Assembly (NCBI GenBank): GCA_963976765.1
Contig: CAXBME010000005.1
Location: forward strand, 124,001-188,000
DNA from: an uncultured Planctomycetaceae bacterium
GTDB lineage: Bacteria > Planctomycetota > Planctomycetia > Planctomycetales > Planctomycetaceae
Direction of reading: 5' to 3'
Length of the DNA: 64,000 nt
Position 1 is the stretch's first letter; each line of letters starts with the position of its first letter. Positions 1-10,000 of this stretch are shown piece by piece. The notes below the pieces were generated by a model. The model searched no databases, was not told the DNA's origin, and saw only the letters and a list, made by a program, of their open reading frames with translations. Made by a program: the position numbers and the translations under genes.

Positions 1-1332
1 GTCGTCGATCGAAAAACGCGAGTGCTGGTGATCGCTGGCGGCCCCATGCGGGATTATCAGTTTGTTAGAAACATGTTGTATCGGCATTCGGCCATTCAGA
101 CCGATGTGTGGTTGCAGACGGCGGACGCGGCGGGTGCGGTCAGCCAGGAAGCGAATAAGATTCTGACGTCGTTTCCGGAATCGAAAGAAGAATTGTTCGA
201 CTACGACGTGATTGTTGGCTTTGACCCCGATTGGAATCGACTGAGTCCCGAGCAGGTTAACCTGGTCAGCGAATGGGTCTTCGCACAGGCTGGTGGACTG
301 GTTGTGGTGGCCGGAGACGTTTACTCGGCGAGCGTTGCCAGTGACGCCAGGCTGGAAAAGATCCGAGAGTTGTACCCGGTCGTGCTGAATCGATTTGTCA
401 CTGACAGTGGAGGCTCCCGCACGGTGATTCAGTCGTGGCCGTTTGAGTTCACTCGAGAAGGCCGCGAAGCAGGATTTCTTCAGATCACGGACGAGCAGGT
501 TTCTTCGGCGGAAGTCTGGAAAGAGTTCCAGGGCGTCTATTCCGCTTATCCAACCAGCGGTGCGAAGGCCGGGGCGACGGTCTATGCCTACTTTTCCGAC
601 CCCCGAACTCAAAGTGCCAGCGGACTGCCGGTGCTGCTGGCTTCACAGTATTACGGAGCCGGTCGAGTCATTTATCTCGGCAGTCCGGAAATGTGGCGAA
701 TGCGGTCGATCGACGAAGTCTACTACGACCGCTTCTGGACGAAGTCGATTCGGGAAGCCGGTCAGGCTCGGCTGAAACGAGGCAACAACCGCGGAACGCT
801 GCTGCTTGAGCGGAACCAGTTTGTCCTCGGTCAGACCGTGCGGGTTCGAGCTCAACTGACCGATCCACAGTTTGAACCGTTAGTGGCCGACTCAGTTCGC
901 GCCGAGATTTTCGACCCCGATGGTCGACCGATGATTCCGCCCGTTCGCCTGCAAAGGGACTCAAACCGCGCCGGGCAGTTTGTCGGCAGCTTCCGAGTCA
1001 GCGCGCCCGGCGTCTGGAGAATTGACATTCCGATTCCGCAGTCCGGCGATCAGCTGTCTGAGAAGATCGATGTGATCCTGCCCAACCTCGAAACTGACAA
1101 CGCCAGGCAAAACGCCCAACTGTTGAGACTCATTGCCGAAGATACTGGCGGAGCGTACTTCCCACTGAGTGAAGCAGCGGAAGAAGTTCCCAAACGGCTC
1201 CCCAATCGAGGCGAAGAATTTCAGATCGACCAGCAACTCAAGACGCTGTGGGACCGGGAGTGGCTGATGTACCTGCTGATCGGCCTGCTCTCGATCGAGT
1301 GGCTGACCCGGAAACTGTTGAAACTGGCTTAG
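1..1332 (+). CDS. VWA/class I glutamine amidotransferase-like (DUF1355-like) membrane-anchored protein, 5' truncated by window edge
   Basis: Frame is open from base 1. Motifs RVLVIAGGP..DYQF, LFDYDVIV, GGLVVVAG and YGAGRVIY..MWR are present, with a C-terminal TM 'LWDREWLMYLLIGLLSIEWLTRK'. Paralogous to 41709..44126. Confidence 0.75.
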   Translation, partial: VVDRKTRVLVIAGGPMRDYQFVRNMLYRHSAIQTDVWLQTADAAGAVSQEANKILTSFPESKEELFDYDVIVGFDPDWNRLSPEQVNLVSEWVFAQAGGLVVVAGDVYSASVASDARLEKIRELYPVVLNRFVTDSGGSRTVIQSWPFEFTREGREAGFLQITDEQVSSAEVWKEFQGVYSAYPTSGAKAGATVYAYFSDPRTQSASGLPVLLASQYYGAGRVIYLGSPEMWRMRSIDEVYYDRFWTKSIREAGQARLKRGNNRGTLLLERNQFVLGQTVRVRAQLTDPQFEPLVADSVRAEIFDPDGRPMIPPVRLQRDSNRAGQFVGSFRVSAPGVWRIDIPIPQSGDQLSEKIDVILPNLETDNARQNAQLLRLIAEDTGGAYFPLSEAAEEVPKRLPNRGEEFQIDQQLKTLWDREWLMYLLIGLLSIEWLTRKLLKLA

Positions 1333-1345
1333 GAGTTCAAGACTG

Positions 1346-1379
1346 CGGAACGCAGAGCGAGCAGAGGAGGCGCTGAGAG
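1346..1379 (+). repeat. Left imperfect inverted repeat flanking GxxExxY gene
   Basis: CGGAACGCAGAGCGAGCAGAGGAGGCGCTGAGAG matches the reverse complement of 1806..1839 at 28/34 positions, and the outer 12 nt match perfectly. Confidence 0.85.
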
Positions 1380-1407
1380 CTTAACGTAGAACTAAAGCGG
1401 AGCCGCG

Positions 1408-1797
1408 ATGACGTCGGTAAATACATTGACAGAAGCGATTATTGGATGTGCGATGACTGTGCATCGGCGACTTGGTCGAGTCATACTCGAATCGGCTTAC
1501 GAAGCTTGCCTGATGTATAAACTGCAGGCTGCTGGTTTTAGCGTTGTCTCACAAATGCCGATCCCCCTGATCGGTAGCGATGCTCATCTTGAATGCGGAT
1601 ACCGGCTCGATCTACTGGTTGAAGATCGCGTAATTGTCGAAGTGAAGGCCAAAGAATCGATCCCGCCTGTCGACTGTGCTCAATTGCTGTCATGCCTTCG
1701 GCTGGCTGAACTCGAATTTGGCCTGTTTTTGAACTTTCACACAGAAGTGCTCAAAGACGGCATCCACCGAATCGTCAACAATTGTTGCGAAGGTTGA
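1408..1797 (+). CDS. GxxExxY family protein (PD-(D/E)XK nuclease-like), somewhat degenerate
   Basis: LTEAIIGCAMTVHRRLG..ILESAYEACL, GYRLDLLVEDRVIVEVK, AQLLS.L, GLFLNF...LKDGIHRIVN; 129 aa. Confidence 0.92.
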   Translation: MTSVNTLTEAIIGCAMTVHRRLGRVILESAYEACLMYKLQAAGFSVVSQMPIPLIGSDAHLECGYRLDLLVEDRVIVEVKAKESIPPVDCAQLLSCLRLAELEFGLFLNFHTEVLKDGIHRIVNNCCEG

Positions 1798-1805
1798 TCA
1801 CCCGT

Positions 1806-1839
1806 TTCTCTGCGAGTCCTCTGTTCCCTCTGCGTTCCG
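1806..1839 (-). repeat. Right imperfect inverted repeat flanking GxxExxY gene
   Basis: TTCTCTGCGAGTCCTCTGTTCCCTCTGCGTTCCG is the inverted partner of 1346..1379 and is near-identical to 13974..14005. Confidence 0.85.
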
Positions 1840-1850
1840 AAATTTCACCA

Positions 1851-4334
1851 ATGCAAACTCCAGCTCGCCTCAACCCGGAACTTCAGAACATTCTGACGCA
1901 GTTGCGCGGGCGGATTCGTCGGTATGTTTTTCTCGAAGGAACCGCATTGATTCTTGCGGTGCTGGGTGGACTTTTCTGGCTGAGTCTTGCTGTGGATCAC
2001 GCCTGGTTTCAGATCAGTCGACTGGAGCTGCCGCGGTGGTTTCGGGCTGGGTTCGATGTGGTTGTCGTTGGACTGGTCGCCTTTCTGCTGTTGTCCTGGA
2101 TTGGGCTGCGGTTGTTGCGGAGTTATCGAACCAAGGCGCTTGCACTCGTGCTGGAACGTCGGTTTCCTGAGCTGGACGACAGGCTTGTCACAGCCGTTGA
2201 GCTGGCTGAAACCGGACTGGCGGACCAGGGAAAACTGGCCGTCGCGATGGCAGGCCGAACAATCGATGATGCCGTGAAGGCGACTCGGCAATTAGATCTG
2301 GCGAGCGTGTTCGACCGCAAGCCTCTGCAGCGAGCGATCGTTGCGGCGGCGGTCGCCATCGCCTCGATCGGTGGTCTGGCGGTTGCCAGCAACTCGACGT
2401 TGCAAACCTGGAAGAACAGTTTTGTCGACTTGAATCCGGAATACTGGAGCCGCGAAACGGGGCTCATTATCCGAGTCATCGCACAACCGGGAGATACCAT
2501 TCGCGAGTTCAGCGGCCAGTCTTACAAGCACGCTCGCGGTGCGGATCTCACGCTTCAGATCGATGTCGAAGAAGGGCGGAAGGCTCCTGAGCGAGTTCAG
2601 CTGAAATATCGGCTGGCCAATGGTCGCGGCCAGGGCACTGTGCTGTGTTCGCGAGTTGGCGACAACACATTTCGGCATTCGCTCGCGGCTTTGCTGGACG
2701 ATGTCGAGTTTTACGTTTACGGCGGCGACTTCGTGAACCGCACTCCCTACCGGGTGCAGATTGTCGAACCGCCCCAGTTAGAGCAGGTCGAACTGGCCTG
2801 TTTTTATCCTGCCTACACGCGGATGGGGAGTCCCGAGTCGACGGTTGAAAAGCCGCTCCGCGATGTCGTTCCCGTTCGAGGGACACAGGTCGAGCTTCCG
2901 AACGAAACCGAATTTCTTCTCAACGCAAAGTCCAACAAGCCGCTGACTCAGGTGAGGATGCAGTTTGGCGGTTACGAGTTGACGTTCGGACGTTCAGAAG
3001 ATGACGCCGGCTCGTCTGCGCGGCTCGTTCACCGCAGCGACGAAGACGAGGTTCTGGAAAATCGCGACATTCCGCCGCAAGAGTTCTCGAAGTGGGTCAG
3101 CAATGGTGGAACACAGATTTCAGTTCCCTTTGTTCTGACTTCGTACGAATCAGACGCCGCTCGATCACGTGCCGATTCGATGATGACGGAAGTCGGCAAG
3201 CCGTTTGTCCTGGCACCTGACACGAACCTGAGAATCTACCTGGAAGACGCAGATAGAATTCTCACCGCCGAACCGTCGCGCATCCAGGTCGGCGGGATCG
3301 TTGACGAGCCACCGGTCATCGAGACGAGCCTGCGCGGAATCGGAACGTCGATTACTCGCAAGGCTTCCATCCCTGTGCTGGGGCGGCTGGTCGATGATTA
3401 CGGGCTGGCGAGTGCTCAGTTTGAATTCAAGGTGGATGATGTCGAAGAAGTAAACGTTCGCCCCTTCGAAAACTCATTAACTCCCTACCTGGACGGCAGC
3501 ATCCGTCGTGAGTTTGAGCTGAAGCGAAACGACAGAGAAGGGTTCGAAAGATTTGATGTTCTTTCGCTGGATCTTTCTCTCGGCCAGAAGCTGGTGCTCA
3601 GCGTCGTCGCCACGGACGAGGACAATCTGAACGGGCCACATCGTTCGCGAGGTGAACGATACGCTTTCAAGGTCGTCAGCAACGAGGAGTTGCAGTCCGT
3701 GCTTTATCAGAGGGAACTGAATCTTCGATCGCAGTTTGAAAGAGTGATCACCGAAACAAAGCAGACTCAGCAGGACTTGATTCTGCATCGATCCCGGCTG
3801 GATGCGAAGAAGCGCTTGCTCGCTGACAACGAAGAGTCGGAAGCCGCCGACAAAGCCAAACGGATTCGGGAAATCGAACTTGCGGTAACGGCATGTGCCG
3901 AGCGGTCGTTGCACGCCGTTCGAAAGAACGCCAACGAAACGGCATCGGTCGAGCTTTCATTTCGAGACATTCGTGAAGAGCTGGTCAACAACGGTCTGCA
4001 CACGCCACAGACTCTGGAGCGAATTGACGACCGTATTGTGAAGCCGCTCGGGTTGATCAATACGACAGATTTTCCTGCCGTAGACGAAGCACTGGGCGTG
4101 TTCCGCCTGACCAACGAGCGAGGCAATGACGCGACGCAGGCGATCGATCAGAGTGTCGAGATGCTGCGCGGCATGATTACTCGCATGGAACGCGTGCTGA
4201 CTGAAATGGAGAAGCTGAAAGAGTTTCAGAAGGCAGTCGAAGAGTTGAAACTGATCCTCGAACAGCAGCAGCAACTTCTGGAACAGACGAAGAAAGAACG
4301 AAAAAGAAAGCTGCTGCTGGAGTCGTTGCAGTAG
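1851..4334 (+). CDS. Large membrane-anchored protein (3 N-terminal TMs, Ig-like middle, coiled-coil C-terminus; DUF4175-like, planctomycete VWA operon type)
   Basis: ATG at 1851 (MQTPARL) is preferred over the longer ORF start, which runs through the repeat. Motifs ALVLERRFPELDDRLVTAVEL, DEPP, DDYGL and ATD.D. Confidence 0.75.
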   Translation: MQTPARLNPELQNILTQLRGRIRRYVFLEGTALILAVLGGLFWLSLAVDHAWFQISRLELPRWFRAGFDVVVVGLVAFLLLSWIGLRLLRSYRTKALALVLERRFPELDDRLVTAVELAETGLADQGKLAVAMAGRTIDDAVKATRQLDLASVFDRKPLQRAIVAAAVAIASIGGLAVASNSTLQTWKNSFVDLNPEYWSRETGLIIRVIAQPGDTIREFSGQSYKHARGADLTLQIDVEEGRKAPERVQLKYRLANGRGQGTVLCSRVGDNTFRHSLAALLDDVEFYVYGGDFVNRTPYRVQIVEPPQLEQVELACFYPAYTRMGSPESTVEKPLRDVVPVRGTQVELPNETEFLLNAKSNKPLTQVRMQFGGYELTFGRSEDDAGSSARLVHRSDEDEVLENRDIPPQEFSKWVSNGGTQISVPFVLTSYESDAARSRADSMMTEVGKPFVLAPDTNLRIYLEDADRILTAEPSRIQVGGIVDEPPVIETSLRGIGTSITRKASIPVLGRLVDDYGLASAQFEFKVDDVEEVNVRPFENSLTPYLDGSIRREFELKRNDREGFERFDVLSLDLSLGQKLVLSVVATDEDNLNGPHRSRGERYAFKVVSNEELQSVLYQRELNLRSQFERVITETKQTQQDLILHRSRLDAKKRLLADNEESEAADKAKRIREIELAVTACAERSLHAVRKNANETASVELSFRDIREELVNNGLHTPQTLERIDDRIVKPLGLINTTDFPAVDEALGVFRLTNERGNDATQAIDQSVEMLRGMITRMERVLTEMEKLKEFQKAVEELKLILEQQQQLLEQTKKERKRKLLLESLQ

Positions 4335-4368
4335 ACTCTGTCCCGTAATTGAAAATTCATTCGTTTGT

Positions 4369-4432
4369 GAGCTGACGCCAGCGCGTTCGGCTTTCAATAA
4401 ATAAAAGGGCAGAGCCTGAACTGGCGTTGCTC
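4369..4432. repeat. Imperfect intergenic hairpin
   Basis: Nested complementary blocks GAGC/GCTC, ACGCCAG/CTGGCGT, GTTC/GAAC and GGCT/AGCC surround an A-rich loop. Confidence 0.45.
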
Positions 4433-4471
4433 TCGTTGCCGGACTCCGAAATTGAATCATGAATCAAGAGA

Positions 4472-4529
4472 GCAGGGTGGGCGCTGCCCCCCTGTCAGAG
4501 ATATTCGTGGTGGGCGGTGCCCACCCCAC
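4472..4529. repeat. REP-like doublet (REPIN-like)
   Basis: GCAGGGTGGGCGCTGCCCCCC and the inverted GGTGGGCGGTGCCCACCCCAC are each a short palindrome preceded by a degenerate GTAG-like tetranucleotide. Confidence 0.7.
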
Positions 4530-4548
4530 TGACGGTTGGAGTTGAGCC

Positions 4549-6294
4549 ATGCGTTGTTGTTCAAGAAACGTTCGTCTGTTTGTGGGAATTCTGGCGTGCC
4601 TGTTCGGGGTCTGTTCGACTGTGTCCTCTCAGGATGCTTCGACTGAAAACGCCGCAACTCCAGAGAAAGAGCTGCCTCTGGACATTGGACAACAAGCGGT
4701 GCTCAGTCGTTTTGATCGGTTTGAAAAAGAGCTGGTGCAGATGGCCGAGCAGCTGCGCAAGGCTGATCCGGAACGCGCGGAGCTGCTGTTTCGAACTCAC
4801 AGCAAGAGTCAGCAGGAGCGAGTGATCGGGCAGATGCGGATCATTCAGGAGCTGCTGGCGGGTAAGACTCCTCAGTACGGCGACTCGATCCAGCGTCAGG
4901 AAGAGCTTGTTGCGAGTCTGGTGTCATTGCTCGATCTGCTTCAGAGCGAAAACCGTATCAGCGAAATCGAAGCAGAACGCGCGCGGGTTCAGGAAATCCT
5001 CAAGAACGTCAACAAGCTGATCGGCAAAGAGAAGGACGTTCGAGCCAACACGGAGCGGGGAGCCGATCCAAATAAATCGGCGAATGATCAGGAAGACGTG
5101 TCGAAAGACGCGGGCAAACTGATTGACAACGTGAAACAGCAGGACGTGGAGAAACAGGCGGAGCGCGAGTCCGGTAATCCAGCGACTGATCAGAAGGACG
5201 ATAAGAACTCAGAGAAGCCGTCGGGCAATGATGGTGACAGCAAAGAACCGTCGACGCCAAAGGATGGGAATTCCGATCCGAACGAACCGGGTAAAAACGG
5301 CTCAAAAAATGGCGATCCCAAAGACGGCGATCCCAAAGACGGACAACCCAAACAGGGCGAGCCGTCAGAAGGGGATTCCCAAGACGGAGATCCTCAGGAT
5401 GGCCAGAAATCAGAGGATGGCCAGAAGCCGAGCGGCCAGCCTCAGGATGGTCAGCCGAACGAACAGCAGAATCAGCAGAAGACGCCGGGGCGGGAAGATC
5501 TGGAAGAAGCTCGCCAGGAAATGGAAAAGGCGATTCAGGAACTGAGGGAGAAGAAGGATCGAACCAAAGCGTCGAAGCATCAGGACGAAGCGATCCGGCA
5601 GTTGCTTGAAGCGAAGGAGAAGCTCGAAGAAATTCTGCGGCAGCTTCGTGAGGAAGAGAAAAGTCTGACGCTGGCGTCGCTGGAATCGCGTTTTCGCAAG
5701 ATGCTCAGTATGCAGCTGCTCGTCTACCAGGAAACAGTTCGGCTCGACGGCGAAGCGGAAGGCAAAGATGCCGATATAACTGCTCGCGGCAGGCAGCTCG
5801 CGACGCAGGAAGAAGAAATTGTCCAGGAAGTCGACAAGGCGCTGGTCGTGCTGCGCGAGGAAGGCTCGTCCGTCGCGTTTCCCGAAGCCGTCGAAGCGAT
5901 TCGAGAAGATGCCGCTTCGGTCGTGCAACTGCTTGATCAGGGCAAGGCAGGTGAGCTAACGCAAACGCTTGAGCAAGCGGTGATCGAAGCCATCGAAGAA
6001 ATGGTCGATGCCCTGCAGAAGGAAATGGAAAAGAAGAACGACGAGGAACAGCAGCAGGGCGAGCAACAACAAGGGCAACCTCAGGACAAGCCTCTCGTCG
6101 ACGCGTTATCCGAGTTGAAGATGCTGAGGTCGCTGCAGCTGCGAATTAACCGCCGGACTCGGCAGCTTGGTCGAATGATCGAGGGCGAGCAGGCCGGGGA
6201 ACCGGAATTACTTCAACAGCTCAAGACGCTGTCAGGTCGCCAATCCCGGATCCAGCGCGCGACCTACGATCTCTCGACAGGCCGCAACAAGTAG
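4549..6294 (+). CDS. Secreted coiled-coil protein with D/G/P/Q/K low-complexity linker
   Basis: Signal-peptide-like N-terminus, long helical E/Q/K/L regions, GDPKD-type pentapeptide repeats and a C-terminal '[18 protein letters not shown]'. Confidence 0.75.
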   Translation: MRCCSRNVRLFVGILACLFGVCSTVSSQDASTENAATPEKELPLDIGQQAVLSRFDRFEKELVQMAEQLRKADPERAELLFRTHSKSQQERVIGQMRIIQELLAGKTPQYGDSIQRQEELVASLVSLLDLLQSENRISEIEAERARVQEILKNVNKLIGKEKDVRANTERGADPNKSANDQEDVSKDAGKLIDNVKQQDVEKQAERESGNPATDQKDDKNSEKPSGNDGDSKEPSTPKDGNSDPNEPGKNGSKNGDPKDGDPKDGQPKQGEPSEGDSQDGDPQDGQKSEDGQKPSGQPQDGQPNEQQNQQKTPGREDLEEARQEMEKAIQELREKKDRTKASKHQDEAIRQLLEAKEKLEEILRQLREEEKSLTLASLESRFRKMLSMQLLVYQETVRLDGEAEGKDADITARGRQLATQEEEIVQEVDKALVVLREEGSSVAFPEAVEAIREDAASVVQLLDQGKAGELTQTLEQAVIEAIEEMVDALQKEMEKKNDEEQQQGEQQQGQPQDKPLVDALSELKMLRSLQLRINRRTRQLGRMIEGEQAGEPELLQQLKTLSGRQSRIQRATYDLSTGRNK

Positions 6295-7024
6295 ACGATA
6301 CGTGACCGATGGTTGGAGCGAGGATGGACCTTGCAATGTTGTTTTTCTGCAACATTCATGCTGGTCGACGCTGATTCTGATGGGTGATCAGGTCCGGTTG
6401 TCCTGCCTCTGCGACTGACGACTCACGTGCCGTTGCCTGTTTGACAGCTCCGGCATGAATTCCATCTTCGTGGTGCAAATCGGGTCTAGATTCTGTTTAT
6501 CCATTGATGTGCCCGTTGCGCTCTCTGGACGTTTTCAACGTGACAAACCGGATCCATTTCTCAATCCGACGGGATGAGCTGAAGGTGCTCGTTGAGTATG
6601 CGATATTCAGAGTTGATACTTACTCTGCGTGTTTCGTCGGTTTTGGGATGCGCTTGCCGGCGATTACCGCACGACCTCAAACTGCTTCGCTCTGTCTGCC
6701 ATCGTCGATAACGATGCTGGCAGCAGGCAGTCTCACTGGCGTAAGAGCGGTCGGTTGTTACGTTAGACCATTTTCATGGTTTCTATGCAGGAGCTGGTTC
6801 CCGGAATAGCCATTGTTTTCTATGCGGCCATTCTGCAGAACTTTGAAAACGAATTCTGAAAGTGCTTTAGAGAAATGCGGCGGCCACACCGCAACAATTG
6901 ATTGTTTGAAAATCAAGATATTGAAGTGGCAGGGATGGACGTCCTGATTCACGACGGGCGGGAGGCTCGCGCGCATCTTCCAGTTTGGATGCGAATCCTT
7001 CAGACGTGAGAGGTTGTCGTCCCG

Positions 7025-10000
7025 ATGTTTCTGTTTTGCGGGCCGAACCGACGCTCCATACGATCGCCACGTCGGCGTCGCGAAAGTCGGTTCTCTTTAC
7101 AATCCGGTGCGAGATGGCATATCCGAGCCGAGGTTCTTGAGTCTCGCACGCTGCTTGCAGCGACCCTCTATCCGGAGTCTGGCCTGCTATGGATCGGCAG
7201 CTCCAATTTCGCTGACAACGTCCTCGTTGAGTTGGTTGGCGAGTCCCAGATCCAGGTGACGCATAACCGGGAAGCATCCGTATTTCCGCTTGAGTCTGTC
7301 CGGTCATTGTTGTTTCTGGGAAAAGGTGGGCTTGATTACTTCGAAAACCGGACGCCCATCCCGGCAGATGCAATGGGTGGGCCCGGGGCTGACACCTTGA
7401 TCGGGGGCTCCGGCAACGACACTTTGAATGGCAATACTGGCAGTGATCTTCTGATTGGTAACGATGGGGACGATGTATTAAGCGGCGACAGCGGAATCGG
7501 AGACACTCTCGATGGCGGCGACGGCGATGATCACATCTCCGGCGGACTGGGAAGCGACACCATCCGGGGGGGGGATGGAGCAGACGACCTGGACGGCGGC
7601 GTCGGTGACGATTCTGTCTCTGGAGGTGATGGAAACGATACTATTGTCGGTGGCGGCGACCGGGACGTGCTGGACGGCGGAAACGGCGACGACCTGATTC
7701 GAAGTATGGCGACGTCGCAACAGGAAGTGGTTCGTGTCACGACGCTGGCACCCGATGGCCCTGGTTCATTGACCGATGCGCTTTCGCAGGGCAATCGGCA
7801 CATCGTGTTTGACGTTGGCGGGATTATTGATTTGCGCAGCACGTCAGCAGCGCGTCCTGACTACGAGATCATTCTGGCGAAATCCAACATCACCATTGAT
7901 GGCAGCACGGCTCCGTCGCCGGGGATTTCGATTGTTGGCGCCAGAATTCTGATTCAGAACGCATCGAACGTCACCATTAAGCACATCACGCTGGCGCAGG
8001 GCGATGATGTTGTCGGCGTCGACAATCGTGGGCAGCGAGACACGCTGACCATTCAGGCTTCGGAAGATGTCCTGATTCAGAACGTGTCGCTGTTCTGGTC
8101 TCAGGATGAGCTGGCAGATATTTGGGGCGGTTCGCGCCGTGTTACTTTTGACCGCGTACTGTTTGCCGAGCCGCTCGATAAAGACAACCACGCGCATGGT
8201 TTGCTCGCCGGTGCTGGCGCCACGGAAGTCACTATCATCAATTCCGTATTCGCGAGTCCTCGAAAGCGAGCGCCGAAGTTCGCATTTGGGACGGAGTTGT
8301 CTGGCCACACTGGTGGCCTGATGGTCAACAACATCATCTATAACCCGTTGAGCCGTACGGTCATCGTTGGCGATGGCGCGAAAGTCGCTGCCGTCGGGAA
8401 CCTCGTCATCCCGGGCCCCGATTCGCAGGGCCATATTGCATTTCTTGAGGCTCAACCTGACGTCGGATCCGGCACTGAGATCTTTCTGTCGGACAATTTC
8501 TTTCAGAATGCGGATCGGGTCATGGTGCCGAATCCCGGTCGGACCACTCCGTTGTTTACTGACCCCGTCGACTTCAACAACTCCGAAGCCTACGACTGGA
8601 ACGTTTCGTACAAGGCCGGAGTTGGTTCGATTCGCGGCTTGACCGCTGATGGCGTCTACGACCCGGAAGTCAACACGCCGCCGCAGCAATGGATGGTCGA
8701 CGCGCTGGCCGCCATGAATGTCCTGCCGGTGAGCGAAGTTTACAGCAACGTTCTGGCAAACGTTGGAACAACCCCCTGGTCACGAACAGCGGGCGATATT
8801 CGCGTCATCAACGGAATCATCAACGGCACGGGCCGAAAGGTAGAGACGACAGCTCAGGTTGGAGGCATGCCGGCATATGTTTTTGTTCCGCAGTCTGCTG
8901 AGTCTGCTCGCATTGTCACGGCTGAGGAAGCGGATTCCATCTTCGGCGGGCCGGGCAACGACACACTGATCGGTGGCACGGGGAATGATCATCTCAACGG
9001 TGAATCGGGCGACGATCTTATTTCCGGAGGCGACGGCGATGATGAGCTGATCGGTGACTTTGGGAACGACACTCTCAACGGCGAAGCCGGCGATGATCTG
9101 TTGCGTGGTCGTGAAGGAGTCGATCAGATTTCTGGCGGAGTAGGGAATGACATCGCGGCGTGGCAGTCAGGGCATGACAGCGACATCTTTGACGGAGATC
9201 TCGGAGTAGATGAAATTCAGATTACCGGTTCGACCGGCGCAGATGTCATTAAGTTGTCGGCGGTTGAACAGTCGTTGCAGGTGGAAATTGAGGCGAGAAT
9301 CCTCAACGTCAGCCGATTCGAGCGAGCGACGATCGATGGTCGACAGGGCAACGATCGTATTACGACCGATGCACTCGTCGCCTTCGCCAGTGATTATCCC
9401 ACTTATGAGCTGAACAATTTTGAATTCACAATCAGCGGCGGTGACGGACAGGACACGATCGATGCTTCTGCGGCGGTCGATGGCTTCATCGGATTCACCA
9501 TTGACGGTGGAAGTGGTGATGACATGATCGCGCTTCCTCGGTCGCCCGTGGTTGCAATCGGAACATCGATCAACGCGAACTCGGCGTTTGGCGGAGCGGG
9601 CAACGACACAATTATTGGTGGTCTCGGCGACGAAACCATTGATGGTGGAGAAGGTGCGGACAGCCTTGTCGGTAATGAAGGAGCCGACACGCTGCAGGGA
9701 CGGGGCGGCGATGACACCATCGAAGGTGGAGCGGGTGCCGACATTATCAATGGCCACACCGGGAACGACGTTCTGAATGGTAATGGTGATGGAGACACAA
9801 TCGATGGTGGCGATGGCAACGATCGGCTCGTTGGGGGAGGGAGCAGCGATTTACTTTTCGGAGGTGCGGGCAATGACGTCGTGATTGGCAACTCCGGTAA
9901 CGATTTTCTGTTTGGCGATTCCGGCTCGGATACGCTCGACGGTGGCGAAGGAAACGACCAGCTCGTTGGCGGTACTGAAAGCGATCTGCTGGTGGGCGGC

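Noticed and set aside
1782..1850. Longer start for the 850-aa ORF
   Set aside because: It overlaps the GxxExxY stop and translates the inverted repeat. The ATG at 1851 is more plausible.
5290..5480. Short DNA repeats (GATCCCAAAGACGG, CCTCAGGATGG)
   Set aside because: They encode the low-complexity [10 protein letters not shown] linker of the protein and are not an independent element.
6300..7024. Long intergenic region with ORFs 6504..6809 and 6867..7373
   Set aside because: No recognisable protein motifs or RNA family. It is probably regulatory.
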